From the NCBI GenBank assembly GCA_963732575.1, contig CAVTAA010000003.1:66537-130536 (forward strand): a DNA stretch of 64,000 nt, read 5' to 3'. The stretch's first letter is position 1, and each line of letters begins with the position of its first letter. Shown here in pieces: positions 10,355 through 21,667 of this stretch. The notes beneath the pieces are model-generated. The model was not told the origin of the DNA and did not search any database. It saw nothing but the letters and a program-made list of their open reading frames with translations. The position numbers and the translations under genes were made by a program. Origin of the DNA: an uncultured Bacteroidales bacterium. GTDB taxonomy: Bacteria; Bacteroidota; Bacteroidia; Bacteroidales; VadinHA17.

Positions 10355-11311
10355 GTGAAACATTTCAGGAAGATTGTTACTGAATTGCTTGGATTTGACC
10401 GCAGGGAGCGTCGCGGCACCTACGTGCTGGCAGGGATGCTTGTCGTTCTGCTGCTTGTCAGGGTGTTCACCCTGAGGCCGGACACGGAACATCTGAATGA
10501 TGACCTCATTTTTCAGGCTCAGACTGCTGAACAGCCTGCAGTGAAGGCTGAAAGCAGGTCAACGGCACTGTTCACGTTTGATCCCAACACTGTTTCATCA
10601 GGCGACCTGTTGAGTCTGGGTCTGACAGAGCGACAGGCTAAAACACTGATAAACTATCGTTCCAGCGGTGCACGCTTCATCAAACCGCAGGACCTCAACA
10701 AGGTTTACGGGATCGATTCGGGGACATCAGCCCGGCTGATGCCATGGATTAAGATAGCTGAGGACAAAGGTACTGACAGACAGGTCCGGCAGGCCAGGAT
10801 GCGTGATTCAACCGAAGAGCATGATACAATAGTGTTTGCAGTGGTCTCATTGACCCCGGCGGAGCTGATCGATCTTAACAGATGCACCGCCTCTGATCTT
10901 GTTGCGTTGCCCGGAATTGGCCCGGTACTGTCAGAGAGGATAATCAGGTATCGCAGCCTGCTCGGCGGATTTGTGGATACTGAACAGTTATACGAGGTGT
11001 ACGGCCTTGACAGTGCAGTTGTTGTCCTCATCAGTCCGATGCTCACCATGACATACGACTCAGTCATGCCGCTGATGCTCGACAGCATCCCATTCAGTGA
11101 GCTGGCGAGACATCCTTATGTCGGGTCATCGACCGCCCGGCTGATCACAAAGTACCGGTCGCTCACGGACACCCCGGTTACCCTTGGCGACATGGTGAGG
11201 CAAAAGGTCATAAGTCATGAACAGGCTATGCGTCTGGCGCCCTATGTATGGCCCTCACCGGACGCTTCGGGCGGGGAATATGAATTTATTTCGTCAAAAG
11301 TTTTGAAATGA
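10355..11311 (+). CDS. Helix-hairpin-helix (ComEA-like) domain protein
   Basis: FDPNT, IDLN..LVALPGIGPVLSERIIRYR, EVYGL. Confidence 0.85.
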   Translation: MKHFRKIVTELLGFDRRERRGTYVLAGMLVVLLLVRVFTLRPDTEHLNDDLIFQAQTAEQPAVKAESRSTALFTFDPNTVSSGDLLSLGLTERQAKTLINYRSSGARFIKPQDLNKVYGIDSGTSARLMPWIKIAEDKGTDRQVRQARMRDSTEEHDTIVFAVVSLTPAELIDLNRCTASDLVALPGIGPVLSERIIRYRSLLGGFVDTEQLYEVYGLDSAVVVLISPMLTMTYDSVMPLMLDSIPFSELARHPYVGSSTARLITKYRSLTDTPVTLGDMVRQKVISHEQAMRLAPYVWPSPDASGGEYEFISSKVLK

Positions 11312-11359
11312 GTTTGATACATATTAATTTTGCGGCTCGTTAAAACATAAAGTTGAATT

Positions 11360-11551
11360 ATGATCATTGTACCGGTAAAAGAAGGCGAGAACATTGACAG
11401 GGCTCTTAAAAAATTCAAGAGAAAATTTGAAAAAACGGGTGTTATCCGTGAGCTAAGGACACGTCAGGCTTTTATCAAACCCTCGGTACGCCGCAGGGAA
11501 GCGATAAAGAAAGCCGTTTATGTTCAGCATCTGCAGCAGGAAGAGGAATAA
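11360..11551 (+). CDS. rpsU: 30S ribosomal protein bS21
   Basis: VKEGENIDRALKKFKRKFEK; TAATTTTG -7 element at 11325. Confidence 0.97.
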   Translation: MIIVPVKEGENIDRALKKFKRKFEKTGVIRELRTRQAFIKPSVRRREAIKKAVYVQHLQQEEE

Positions 11552-11603
11552 CAGCCCTGCAGCTTTATATTTCTGATATATAAAATCTTAAAAGGTTCCT
11601 TTT

Positions 11604-12485
11604 ATGGACAAAAAGGAATCGTTCCTTCAATACATCCGGACCGAGAAGCGATATTCCCGGAACACCGTTTCTTCATACCAGAACGACCTCGACCAGTTTA
11701 TCAAGTGGCTGGGAGCGAATGCTCCTGACCTCACCGCTGAGGATGTGACCCATGGCGAAGTGAGAGCATGGATGGTGTCGCTCATCGAAAACGGTTGCGC
11801 CACAGGCACCGTTCACAGGAAGATGTCAGCCCTGCGTTCATTTTACCGTTACCTGAGGAAGCATGGCAACAGCAGCTCCGATCCCATGTCAGGGCTTAAG
11901 CTTCCGAAGAAGTCGAGGCAGCTGCCGGTCTTTGTTGCCGAAGAGGCACTCGACAGGCTTCTTGACGATTACAAATTCGGAGATAATTTTTCAGGGATTC
12001 GTGACAGGACTATCATAGAATTTTTGTATCTTACAGGCATGAGGCGATCAGAGCTGATAAGCCTGCGTGATGAGGATGTGGATCTCTCTTCAGGTCAGGT
12101 CAGGGTGATGGGCAAGCGGAACAAGCAGAGAGTTATTCCTCTGGCCGCCAGCTTCTTAAAATCACTTGAAATCTATCTCGAAGCCCGTGGCAAAACAAGT
12201 CATGCAGGAGAATGGTTTTTTGTCACAGATAAGGGGAACAAACTGTACGACAAAGGTGTTTATAATATTGTGAGAAGGTATCTCTCCATGGTGACAACCG
12301 TTGAAAAGAAGAGCCCGCATGTTCTCCGTCACACCTTTGCGACGCACATGCTAAACCATGGCGCCGACCTCAATTCGATCAAGGAATTGCTGGGTCATGC
12401 CAGTCTGTCAGCCACCCAGGTTTACACTCACAACACATTTGAACAGTTAAAGAAAGTATACAACCAGGCTCATCCCAGGGCCTAA
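11604..12485 (+). CDS. xerC: Tyrosine recombinase XerC
   Basis: TGMRRSEL, GKRNKQR, HVLRHTFATH, LGH, TQVY, AHPRA; rpsU-xerC-hpf context. Confidence 0.9.
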   Translation: MDKKESFLQYIRTEKRYSRNTVSSYQNDLDQFIKWLGANAPDLTAEDVTHGEVRAWMVSLIENGCATGTVHRKMSALRSFYRYLRKHGNSSSDPMSGLKLPKKSRQLPVFVAEEALDRLLDDYKFGDNFSGIRDRTIIEFLYLTGMRRSELISLRDEDVDLSSGQVRVMGKRNKQRVIPLAASFLKSLEIYLEARGKTSHAGEWFFVTDKGNKLYDKGVYNIVRRYLSMVTTVEKKSPHVLRHTFATHMLNHGADLNSIKELLGHASLSATQVYTHNTFEQLKKVYNQAHPRA

Positions 12486-12509
12486 AAACCAATAACAGGA
12501 GGTACTGCC

Positions 12510-12809
12510 ATGAATATTCAGATCCATTCGCTCAAGTTTGATGCAGACAAGAAGCTGCTTGATTTTGTAACCCAGAAGGTGAACAAGTTATCTCTTGTGA
12601 CTGATGATATTGTCAGTGCAGAGATAATCCTTAAGCTTGAAAAGGATGAAGAGAGGGAGAACAAGGTGACTGAGATCAGGGTAGAATATCCCAAGGGACC
12701 TCTTTTTGCGAGGAAACAGAGCAAGACATTTGAAGAAGCGACCGATCTGGTGATCGCCGCCCTTAAACGGCAGATAGTCAAACAGAAGGGCAAGATGCGA
12801 GGGGAGTAG
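12510..12809 (+). CDS. hpf: Ribosome hibernation promoting factor (short HPF/RaiA)
   Basis: IQIHSLKFDADKKL, KTFEEATD. Confidence 0.9.
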   Translation: MNIQIHSLKFDADKKLLDFVTQKVNKLSLVTDDIVSAEIILKLEKDEERENKVTEIRVEYPKGPLFARKQSKTFEEATDLVIAALKRQIVKQKGKMRGE

Positions 12810-12840
12810 TTTCCTCCGGGCAAAAAAACTTCATATTATT

Positions 12841-12872
12841 TTTGAGATTTGAAATTTTAATTCCTACATTTG
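12841..12872 (+). promoter_or_regulatory. Bacteroidota sigma-A promoter of tRNA-tuf operon
   Basis: TTTG (12841) -20 nt- TACATTTG (12865), matching the -33/-7 consensus. Confidence 0.7.
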
Positions 12873-12923
12873 CAAACCGATTTTTGAGGGTATTATACTC
12901 ATGAATCGGCCGTTCTTTCAAAT

Positions 12924-12997
12924 GCCGATGTAGCTCAGTTGGCCAGAGCAGCTGATTTGTAATCTGCAGGTCGGGGGTTCGATTCCCTTCATCGGCT
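12924..12997 (+). tRNA. tRNA-Thr(TGT)
   Basis: Cloverleaf GCCGATG...CATCGGC, loop TTTGTAA. Confidence 0.95.
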
Positions 12998-13045
12998 CAT
13001 TAATGATGAGTATGTGTATGTCTAACCAGACATGCCTGCATGAAG

Positions 13046-13128
13046 GGGGAGATACCAAAGTGGCCAACTGGGGCAGACTGTAAATCTGCTGTCGAATGAC
13101 TTCGTAGGTTCGAATCCTGCTCTCCCCA
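13046..13128 (+). tRNA. tRNA-Tyr(GTA)
   Basis: GGGGAGA...TCTCCCC, loop CTGTAAA, long variable arm. Confidence 0.95.
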
Positions 13129-13198
13129 CTATTTCATTGCAGGACAGCAAAGTGCTCTTTCCCCGGAAAGCGTACCAGGGCACTGGTGACAATTATAA

Positions 13199-13272
<74 letters not shown>

Positions 13273-13276
13273 AAAA

Positions 13277-13348
13277 GCCGATGTAGCTCAGGGGTAGAGC
13301 ACTTCCTTGGTAAGGAAGGGGTCATGAGTTCAATTCTCATCATCGGCT
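13277..13348 (+). tRNA. tRNA-Thr(GGT)
   Basis: GCCGATG...CATCGGC, loop TTGGTAA. Confidence 0.95.
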
Positions 13349-13410
13349 CGAACGAATTTTAAATGTATTTGGATGTATTTGGATGTAAATAATTTAATAA
13401 GCTTCTAGTT

Positions 13411-14598
13411 ATGGCAAAAGAAAAATTTGACAGGTCGAAGCCACACGTTAATATCGGTACTATCGGTCACGTCGACCACGGCAAGACCACTTTGACAGCT
13501 GCTATTACGATGGTTCTCGCTAAAAAAGGTCTCTCGGAAATAAGGGACTTTGATTCAATCGACAATGCTCCCGAGGAAAAGGAAAGGGGTATTACGATCA
13601 ACACAGCTCACGTTGAGTATTCAACGGCGAATCGTCACTATGCACACGTCGACTGTCCCGGACACGCTGACTATGTTAAGAACATGGTTACCGGTGCTGC
13701 CCAGATGGATGGTGCGATCATCGTTGTTGCTGCTACTGACGGCCCGATGCCTCAGACACGCGAGCATATCCTTCTCGCACGTCAGGTAAACGTTCCGAAA
13801 ATTGTGGTCTTCCTTAATAAAGTTGACCTTGTTGATGATGAGGAGCTTATTGACCTTGTTGAGATGGAAATACGTGACCTTCTGAACTTCTATAAGTATG
13901 ACGGCGACGGTTGTCCCGTTATCCGCGGCTCAGCCCTCGGCGCCATGAACCACGAACCCAAATGGGAAGACAAGGTCATGGAACTGATGGATGCCGTTGA
14001 CTCTTTCATTCCGATACCTCTGCGTGAGAACGAGAAACCGTTCCTTATGCCGGTAGAAGATATCTTCTCAATCACCGGACGTGGTACAGTTGCCACAGGC
14101 CGTATTGAGACCGGAATTGTGCATACGGGTGATGAGCTCGAGATCGTTGGTCTGGGTGCAGAAAAACGCAAGTCAGTATGTACCGGCGTTGAGATGTTCC
14201 GCAAGATCCTTGATCAGGGCGAAGCAGGTGACAACGTAGGTCTGCTGTTGCGCGGTGTTGACAAGAAAGAGATCAAGAGAGGACATGTGCTTGCCAAACC
14301 GGGTTCAATCACACCCCATACCAAATTCAAGGCTGAGGTGTACGTGCTCAAGAAAGAAGAAGGTGGCCGTCACACTCCGTTCCACAACCAGTATCGTCCC
14401 CAGTTCTACCTGAGAACTCTCGACATAACCGGTGAGATCACTCTCCCTGAAGGAACAGAGATGGTAATGCCAGGTGATAACGTTACAATCACCGTTGAGC
14501 TTATCTACCCTGTGGCTATCAACAAGAACCTCCGTTTTGCAATCCGCGAAGGCGGCCGTACAGTAGGAGCAGGTCAGGTTATTGAAATACTTGTCTAA
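13411..14598 (+). CDS. tuf: Elongation factor Tu
   Basis: [21 protein letters not shown]. Confidence 0.99.
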   Translation: MAKEKFDRSKPHVNIGTIGHVDHGKTTLTAAITMVLAKKGLSEIRDFDSIDNAPEEKERGITINTAHVEYSTANRHYAHVDCPGHADYVKNMVTGAAQMDGAIIVVAATDGPMPQTREHILLARQVNVPKIVVFLNKVDLVDDEELIDLVEMEIRDLLNFYKYDGDGCPVIRGSALGAMNHEPKWEDKVMELMDAVDSFIPIPLRENEKPFLMPVEDIFSITGRGTVATGRIETGIVHTGDELEIVGLGAEKRKSVCTGVEMFRKILDQGEAGDNVGLLLRGVDKKEIKRGHVLAKPGSITPHTKFKAEVYVLKKEEGGRHTPFHNQYRPQFYLRTLDITGEITLPEGTEMVMPGDNVTITVELIYPVAINKNLRFAIREGGRTVGAGQVIEILV

Positions 14599-14675
14599 GA
14601 CCTTATATATATAGTGGTATCCTCCGTCCGTCCGTCAGCCGACGGACAGACGGACGGGTGTCGCTGAGAATGTAC

Positions 14676-14748
14676 ACGGGTGTAGCTCAGTTGGTAGAGC
14701 ACTGGTCTCCAAAACCAGGTGTCGGGAGTTCGAGTCTCTCCTCCCGTG
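14676..14748 (+). tRNA. tRNA-Trp(CCA)
   Basis: ACGGGTG...CTCCCGT, loop CTCCAAA; usual tuf-trnW-secE position. Confidence 0.95.
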
Positions 14749-14766
14749 CTAAATCGAAGTCTTGAA

Positions 14767-14958
14767 ATGAAAGTAGTAAATTATTTTAAAGAATCATACA
14801 ACGAACTGATGCATAAGGTGACCTGGCCCTCATGGAGTGAGCTTCAGGGCAGCGCCACCCTTGTTCTGGTCACATCGGTGATCCTCGCCGTAGTGATATG
14901 GATGATGGATTTCGCGTTTGAAAAGGTCATGAGCACGGTTTACAGTTGGTTGTATTAA
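14767..14958 (+). CDS. secE: Preprotein translocase SecE
   Basis: ELMHKVTWPSWSELQ plus one TM helix; start moved downstream of tRNA-Trp. Confidence 0.95.
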   Translation: MKVVNYFKESYNELMHKVTWPSWSELQGSATLVLVTSVILAVVIWMMDFAFEKVMSTVYSWLY

Positions 14959-14975
14959 TAAGATGACGATCACAA

Positions 14976-15524
14976 ATGAGTGAGAACGTTAAAAAGTGGT
15001 ATGTGCTCAGGGCTATAGGCGGCAAGGAGAAGAAAGTGAAGGAATATCTCGAGAATGAGATCGTGCGCCTGAAGCTGCAGGATTACATAACACAGGTACT
15101 CATCCCTACTGAGAAGGTTTACCAGATACGTTCAGGCAAGAAGATAAGCAAAGAGCGCAACTTCTTTCCCGGATATGTCATAGTTGAAGCCGCACTCGTG
15201 GGTGAGGTGCCTCATGTGTTACGCAACGTACCCAACGTGCTCGGTTTTCTCGGTACACAGTCGGGTGAGCCGACACCGATACGCAAGGCAGAAATAAACC
15301 GTATCCTGGGCAAGGTCGATGAGCTTGCCGCAAGCGATGAGGAGCTCAATGTGCCCTTCGTCGTGGGGGAAACGGTGAAAGTAATAGATGGCCCCTTCAA
15401 CAGCTTCTCGGGAGTTATTGAAGAGGTTAATGAAGAGAAGCGCAAGCTGAAAGTGATGGTCAAGATCTTCGGACGCAAGACCCCGCTCGAGCTGAGCTTC
15501 ATGCAGGTAGAGAAAGAAAGTTAG
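14976..15524 (+). CDS. nusG: Transcription factor NusG
   Basis: KWYVLR, FPGYV, KOW GPFNSFSG, FGRKTPLEL. Confidence 0.98.
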   Translation: MSENVKKWYVLRAIGGKEKKVKEYLENEIVRLKLQDYITQVLIPTEKVYQIRSGKKISKERNFFPGYVIVEAALVGEVPHVLRNVPNVLGFLGTQSGEPTPIRKAEINRILGKVDELAASDEELNVPFVVGETVKVIDGPFNSFSGVIEEVNEEKRKLKVMVKIFGRKTPLELSFMQVEKES

Positions 15525-15610
15525 GAAATCAGGAAATTGACAACCGTGAATTATAATGCTTCCTTAAACGGTCGTCATGCTCTCGCTATAAACAATGCAA
15601 ATTTTTAATT

Positions 15611-16051
15611 ATGGCAAAAGAAGTTGCTGGATTAATCAAATTACAGATTAAAGGCGGAGCAGCCAATCCATCTCCACCGGTAGGGCCCGCACTGGGCTCC
15701 AAAGGTGTGAATATCATGGAGTTTTGTAAACAGTTCAATGCCCGTACCCAGGACATGGCAGGGAAGGTCATCCCGGTGATTATCACCGTGTACAATGACA
15801 AGTCTTTTGAATTTATCACAAAGACACCTCCCGTTGCCGTCCAGATTATCGAGGCTTCCAAGACAAAGAAAGGCTCTCCGGAGCCCAACCGCAACAAGGT
15901 GGCATCAATAACATGGAAACAGGTAAAGACTATTGCTGAGGCAAAGATGCAGGATTTAAACTGCTTCACCCTCGACTCCGCGATGAAGATGGTGGCTGGC
16001 ACGGCCAGAAGTATGGGCATCACCGTGACCGGTGAATTCCCGGGTAAATAA
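15611..16051 (+). CDS. rplK: 50S ribosomal protein uL11
   Basis: [19 protein letters not shown]. Confidence 0.99.
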   Translation: MAKEVAGLIKLQIKGGAANPSPPVGPALGSKGVNIMEFCKQFNARTQDMAGKVIPVIITVYNDKSFEFITKTPPVAVQIIEASKTKKGSPEPNRNKVASITWKQVKTIAEAKMQDLNCFTLDSAMKMVAGTARSMGITVTGEFPGK

Positions 16052-16070
16052 ACTTAATAAGTGTATAAAA

Positions 16071-16766
16071 ATGGCTAAGCTTACCAAGAATCAGAAGTTT
16101 GCCCTCGAGAAAATCGAGCATGGCAAGCTCTATACTTTGTCAGAAGCGGCAGCATTGGTAAAAGATATCACGACATCAAAGTTTGATGCTTCGGTTGATC
16201 TTGATGTAAGGCTGGGAATTGACCCCCGCAAATCGAATCAGATGGTTCGCGGCGTCGTTTCCCTTCCTCACGGTACAGGCAAGGAGGTCAGGGTTCTGGC
16301 TCTCGTTACTCCTGACAAGGTGGCTGAAGCAACAGAAGCAGGCGCAGATTATGTGGGGTTGGAAGAGTGGGTTGAGAAGATCAAGGGCGGCTGGACGGAT
16401 GTTGATGTAATTATTACCATGCCCTCAGTGATGGGTAAGATAGGTCAGTTAGGACGCGTGCTTGGTCCCCGTGGACTCATGCCGAACCCAAAAAGCGGCA
16501 CCGTAACCATGGAGATCAGCAAGGCTGTAAAAGAGGTCAAGCAGGGAAAAATCGACTTTAAAGTTGACAAAGCCGGTATAGTACATGCTTCCATCGGAAA
16601 AGTATCATTCGAACCTCATAAAATCGTAGAGAACGCCAAAGAGTTTCTCGGAATGATCAACAAACTCAAACCCACCTCGGCTAAAGGAACATACATCAGA
16701 AGTATATTCCTGTCAAGCACAATGAGCGCGGGACTGAAGGTTGATCCCAAGAGTCTTGACGTGTAA
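16071..16766 (+). CDS. rplA: 50S ribosomal protein uL1
   Basis: [22 protein letters not shown]. Confidence 0.99.
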   Translation: MAKLTKNQKFALEKIEHGKLYTLSEAAALVKDITTSKFDASVDLDVRLGIDPRKSNQMVRGVVSLPHGTGKEVRVLALVTPDKVAEATEAGADYVGLEEWVEKIKGGWTDVDVIITMPSVMGKIGQLGRVLGPRGLMPNPKSGTVTMEISKAVKEVKQGKIDFKVDKAGIVHASIGKVSFEPHKIVENAKEFLGMINKLKPTSAKGTYIRSIFLSSTMSAGLKVDPKSLDV

Positions 16767-16791
16767 CTGAAAGCTAAACCTCAGAGAGATT

Positions 16792-17307
16792 ATGAGAAGA
16801 GACGAAAAAACCGAAATAATTAACAGTCTGGCTGATATTCTGAAAGAATACAGTCACTTTTACCTGACTGACACTGCACAGCTCAATGCTGCTGACACCA
16901 GTGATCTCAGAAGGAAGTGTTTTGAGAACCAGATAAGACTGGTTGTCGTGAAAAACACACTCCTGAAGAGAGCCCTGGAGCAGACAGGCCTTGAATGCGG
17001 AGAACTGTTCCCCGTGCTTAAAGGTTCGACTGCTGTTATGTTCTCGAATAACGGAAATACTCCAGCAAAAATGATCAGGGAGTTCCGTAAATCGCATCCC
17101 AAACCGCTGATCAAAGGAGCGTATGTTGCAGAATCTGTATATGTCGGTGAAAACCTTCTTGAGACCCTCGTGGCTCTCAAGTCAAAAGAGGAACTCATCG
17201 GCGATATCCTGACCCTGCTCCAGTCGCCCGCGAAGAATGTTATCTCCGCGCTGCAGTCAGGTGGTTCCAAAATTCATGGTGTTCTTGAAACACTGTCAAA
17301 GAAGTAA
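16792..17307 (+). CDS. rplJ: 50S ribosomal protein uL10
   Basis: VVKNTL, LKSKEELIG. Confidence 0.97.
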   Translation: MRRDEKTEIINSLADILKEYSHFYLTDTAQLNAADTSDLRRKCFENQIRLVVVKNTLLKRALEQTGLECGELFPVLKGSTAVMFSNNGNTPAKMIREFRKSHPKPLIKGAYVAESVYVGENLLETLVALKSKEELIGDILTLLQSPAKNVISALQSGGSKIHGVLETLSKK

Positions 17308-17343
17308 TCATTAATAGTAATCAAATTAAAATTCAAAATAGAA

Positions 17344-17721
17344 ATGGCAGATCTTAAGAAATTTGCAGAAGAGTTGGTGAACTTAACCGTTAAAGAGGTT
17401 AATGAGCTTGCGAAAATACTGAAAGATGAGTATGGCATTGAACCTGCAGCCGCAGCAGTGGCTGTTGCAGCACCGTCAGGCAGCGGAGACGCTCCTGTTG
17501 TTGCTGAGAAAAGTTCTTTCGATGTCATCCTTAAAAATGCAGGCGGCCAGAAGCTTCAGATCGTTAAGCTGGTGAAAGATATCACAGGCCTCGGTCTTAA
17601 AGAAGCTAAAGCTGTCGTTGACGCCGCTCCGGCACCTGTTAAAGAAGGTGTCTCAAAAGAAGAGGCTGAGAACATTAAGAAGCAATTGGAAGATTCAGGA
17701 GCTGAAGTTGAACTTAAATAA
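17344..17721 (+). CDS. rplL: 50S ribosomal protein bL12
   Basis: Ala-rich hinge, [15 protein letters not shown]. Confidence 0.99.
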   Translation: MADLKKFAEELVNLTVKEVNELAKILKDEYGIEPAAAAVAVAAPSGSGDAPVVAEKSSFDVILKNAGGQKLQIVKLVKDITGLGLKEAKAVVDAAPAPVKEGVSKEEAENIKKQLEDSGAEVELK

Positions 17722-17745
17722 GCTATACCTGACAACCGGGTTTAC

Positions 17746-17783
17746 AGGTTTAGTTCCGCCATCCGGCGGAGCTAAGCCTTTTT
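17746..17783 (+). terminator. Intrinsic terminator/attenuator between rplL and rpoB
   Basis: AGGTTTAGTTCCGCC-ATCC-GGCGGAGCTAAGCCT-TTTT. Confidence 0.75.
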
Positions 17784-17817
17784 GGCATTTTTAATAAGTT
17801 CACTTAATCCTACCATA

Positions 17818-20800
17818 ATGTCCTCAAAAAATAACGAACGCGTAAGTTTCGCATCCAAGAAGGATCAGCTCGAATATCCTGATTTTCTTGAGATTCAATT
17901 AAAATCTTTTGCCGAGTTTTTCCAGCTTGGCACCACACCTGAGAACAGGAGGAAAGAAAACCTTTACCAGGTTTTCATGGAGAACTTCCCCATCACTGAC
18001 ACCAGGAACAATTTTGTGCTGGAATTTCTGGATTATTCCATTGACCCTCCGAGATATACAATCGATGAGTGTATTGAGAGAGGCCTGACCTTCAGCGTTC
18101 CGCTGAAAGCCAAATTAAAACTATACTGCACCGATCCCGAGCATGAGGATTTTGACACGGTGATTCAGGATGTATACCTGGGTGTCATTCCTTACATGAC
18201 CGAGCGCGGTACATTTGTCATCAACGGCGCTGAGAGGGTTGTCGTCTCACAGCTCCACAGGTCACCCGGCGTGTTCTTCGGACAGAGCATCCACGCCAAC
18301 GGCACCAAGCTTTATTCAGCACGCATAATCCCCTTCAAGGGATCATGGATAGAGTTTGCCACTGACATCAACAATGTGATGTACGCCTATATCGACAGGA
18401 AGAAGAAACTGCCTGTCACAACCCTGCTGAGAGCTATCGGCTTCGAGGGCGATAAGGATATCCTTGAGATCTTCAACCTTGCTGAAGAGCATAAGGTCTC
18501 AAAGGTGAACATCAAGAAGCTCGTCGGCCGCAAGCTTGCCGCCAGGGTTCTCCGTACATGGGTCGAGGATTTCGTCGACGAGGATACGGGTGAGGTTGTC
18601 TCCATCGAACGTAACGAGGTAGTGCTCGACAGGGAGACAGTCATTGAAAATGAACATATTGACCTGATAGTTGACTCAGGGGCAAAATCAATCCTGCTTC
18701 ACCGCGAGGATGTTAGCCTCTCTGACTTTACTATCATCTATAATACTTTGCAGAAAGACCCCTGCAACTCTGAGAAAGAGGCTGTGATATACATCTACCG
18801 TCAGCTGCGCAACGCGGAGCCGCCGGATGAGGCTACGGCACGTGATGTCATTGACAAGCTCTTCTTCTCGGATAAACGTTATGATCTTGGCGAGGTAGGA
18901 CGCTTCCGGATAAACCGCAAGCTGGACCTTAACATCGACATGAACACCAAGATCCTGACAAGGGAAGATATTATCGCCATCATACGGTACCTGATAGAGC
19001 TCATCAACTCAAAGACTGATGTTGATGACATTGACCACCTGAGCAACAGGAGGGTCCGCACCGTTGGTGAACAGCTGTCAGCGCAGTTCAGCGTGGGTCT
19101 TGCCCGTATGGCACGTACGATCCGTGAACGCATGAACGTCAGGGATAATGAGGTCTTCACACCTGTTGACCTCATCAATTCAAAGACGCTGTCATCAGTT
19201 ATAAACTCGTTCTTCGGCACCAACCAGCTGTCACAGTTCATGGATCAGACCAACCCGCTGGCGGAGATGACCCACAAGCGTCGTCTCTCAGCCCTCGGTC
19301 CGGGCGGTCTGTCTCGTGAACGCGCCGGATTTGAGGTCCGTGACGTACACTATACCCACTACGGCCGTCTCTGTCCCATCGAGACACCTGAAGGACCGAA
19401 TATCGGTCTTATATCTTCACTCTGTGTTTATGCCAAGATCAATAACCTTGGCTTCATCGAGACACCCTACCGTGATGTTGTTAACGGCAAGGTCGATCTC
19501 AAGAACGATAGCGTAAAGTGGCTTACCGCTGAGGACGAAGAGTACCTTACCGTTGCGCAGGCAAATGCCCCGCTGAATGCAGACGGTACCTTCAAAAACC
19601 CCAGGGCCAAGTCAAGGCTCGGGGCTGACTATCCGTATGAGGAGATCGCCAAGGTGCAGATGATGGATGTGGCACCAAACCAGATTGCATCAATTGCTGC
19701 CTCACTGATACCTTTCCTCGAGCATGATGATGCCAACCGCGCACTCATGGGATCGAACATGATGAGGCAGGCCGTGCCGCTGGTAAGGCCTGAAGCACCT
19801 ATCGTCGGAACAGGCCTGGAAGCACAGGTCATAAAAGACTCAAGGATACTGATAGTCTCCGAGGGCGACGGCGTAATCGAATACGTTGATTCGAACGAAA
19901 TAGTGGTAAGATATTCCAGGACTGATGAGGAAAAATTCGTCAGCTTTGATGATGACGTCAGGCGTTACAACCTGCCCAAGTACCACAAGACAAACCAGAA
20001 TACAACGATCAACCTCGTTCCGATTGTTAAGAAAGGGGAGAAAGTTGTAAAAGGACAGGTACTTACAGAAGGATATGGCACCAAGAACGGTGAGCTGGCC
20101 CTTGGCCGCAACCTGAAAGTGGCATTCATGCCATGGAAGGGGTACAACTTTGAGGATGCCATCGTGCTGAGTGAAAAGGTTGTACAGGAAGATGTCTTTA
20201 CTTCGGTGCACATAGATGAGTACCTTCTTGAAGTCCGCGACACTAAACGTGGTATGGAAGAGCTTACCTCCGATATCCCGAACGTGAGTGAAGAGGCAAC
20301 CAAGAACCTTGATGAGAATGGTCTCATAAGGATAGGAGCCCAGATCAGACCCGGTGATATACTTATCGGAAAGATCACTCCAAAAGGCGAATCTGATCCT
20401 TCACCTGAAGAGAAGCTTCTCAGAGCGATCTTCGGAGACAAGGCCGGTGACGTTAAGGATGCATCACTCAAGGCCGGGCCTTCACTTGAAGGTGTGGTGA
20501 TTGACAAGAAGCTCTTTACCAGGGCTATCAAGGACCGCAAGGCCAAGACAGCCGAAAAGCCCCTGCTTGACAAGATCGATGCTGATTTCAACAGAACAGC
20601 AGACGATCTGAAAGCACGCCTGGTAGACAAGCTCTTCATACTTGTGAACGGTAAGACCTCACAGGGAGTGAAGGATTATCTGAACGTCGATGTAATCCCA
20701 AAAGGAGCCAAATTCACGCTGAAGCAGCTGCAGGAGATTGACTACCTGAATGTCAACCCCAACAAGTGGACGACAGACAAGAAGAAGAATGACAGCATCA

Positions 20801-21628
20801 AACAGCTTCTGCATAACTATATTATCAAGCACAAGGAGATTGACGGCGTTTACAAGCGCAAGAGGTACAACATCACTATCGGTGATGAACTGCCTGCAGG
20901 CATTGTAAGGCTTGCCAAGGTATATATTGCCAAGAAGCGCAAGGTGAGGGTTGGTGACAAGATGGCCGGACGGCACGGTAACAAGGGTATTGTTGCCAAG
21001 ATAGTACGTGCTGAGGACATGCCATTCCTTGCTGACGGAACGCCGGTGGACATTGTTCTTAACCCGCTGGGTGTGCCTTCAAGGATGAACCTTGGACAGA
21101 TCTATGAGACTGTCCTTGGATGGGCAGGCAAGGAGCTTGGAATGCATTTCTCAACTCCGATATTCGACGGAGCGAAGCAGGATGAGATCCATGATCTGAC
21201 TGAGAAGGCCGGCATACCGCGCAACGGTACCACCTACCTCTATGACGGAGGCACAGGTGAGAGGTTTGACCAGCCTGCCACTGTCGGAATGATCTATATG
21301 CTTAAACTTGGCCACATGGTTGATGACAAGATGCACGCCCGTTCAATAGGGCCGTATTCACTCATCACCCAGCAGCCTCTCGGAGGAAAGGCACAGTTTG
21401 GCGGCCAGAGGTTTGGTGAGATGGAGGTGTGGGCGCTTGAAGCATTTGGCGCAGCACATATACTCCAGGAGATACTTACTATCAAGTCTGACGATGTGAT
21501 AGGAAGGGCAAAAGCTTACGAGGCTATCGTCAAGGGTGAACCGATGCCGCTTCCGGGCATACCCGAAGTCGCTTAACGTGCTTCTGCACGAGCTGCGGGG
21601 TCTGGGCCTGAGCATCAACCTTGAATAG
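17818..21628 (+). CDS. rpoB: RNA polymerase beta subunit (apparent +1 frameshift near 21567)
   Basis: [21 protein letters not shown]; tail [19 protein letters not shown] continues in another frame after CCCGAAG. Confidence 0.97.
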
Positions 21629-21667
21629 ACCAGCCGAGTAAATAACCAGATAAAAAAAATAAAATAT

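Noticed and set aside
11604-12485. Tyrosine recombinase near tRNAs as an island integrase
   Set aside because: rpsU-xerC-hpf is the usual Bacteroidota housekeeping arrangement and lies 24 kb from the accessory region.
12951-12967. U-U mismatch in tRNA-Thr(TGT) anticodon stem (and one in the tRNA-Trp acceptor stem)
   Set aside because: Single stem mismatches are tolerated, and I recall the Thr one in other Bacteroidales; not evidence of pseudogenes.
21560-21628. Programmed frameshift or truncated RpoB
   Set aside because: One extra base, no slippery site, essential gene; most likely a consensus error.
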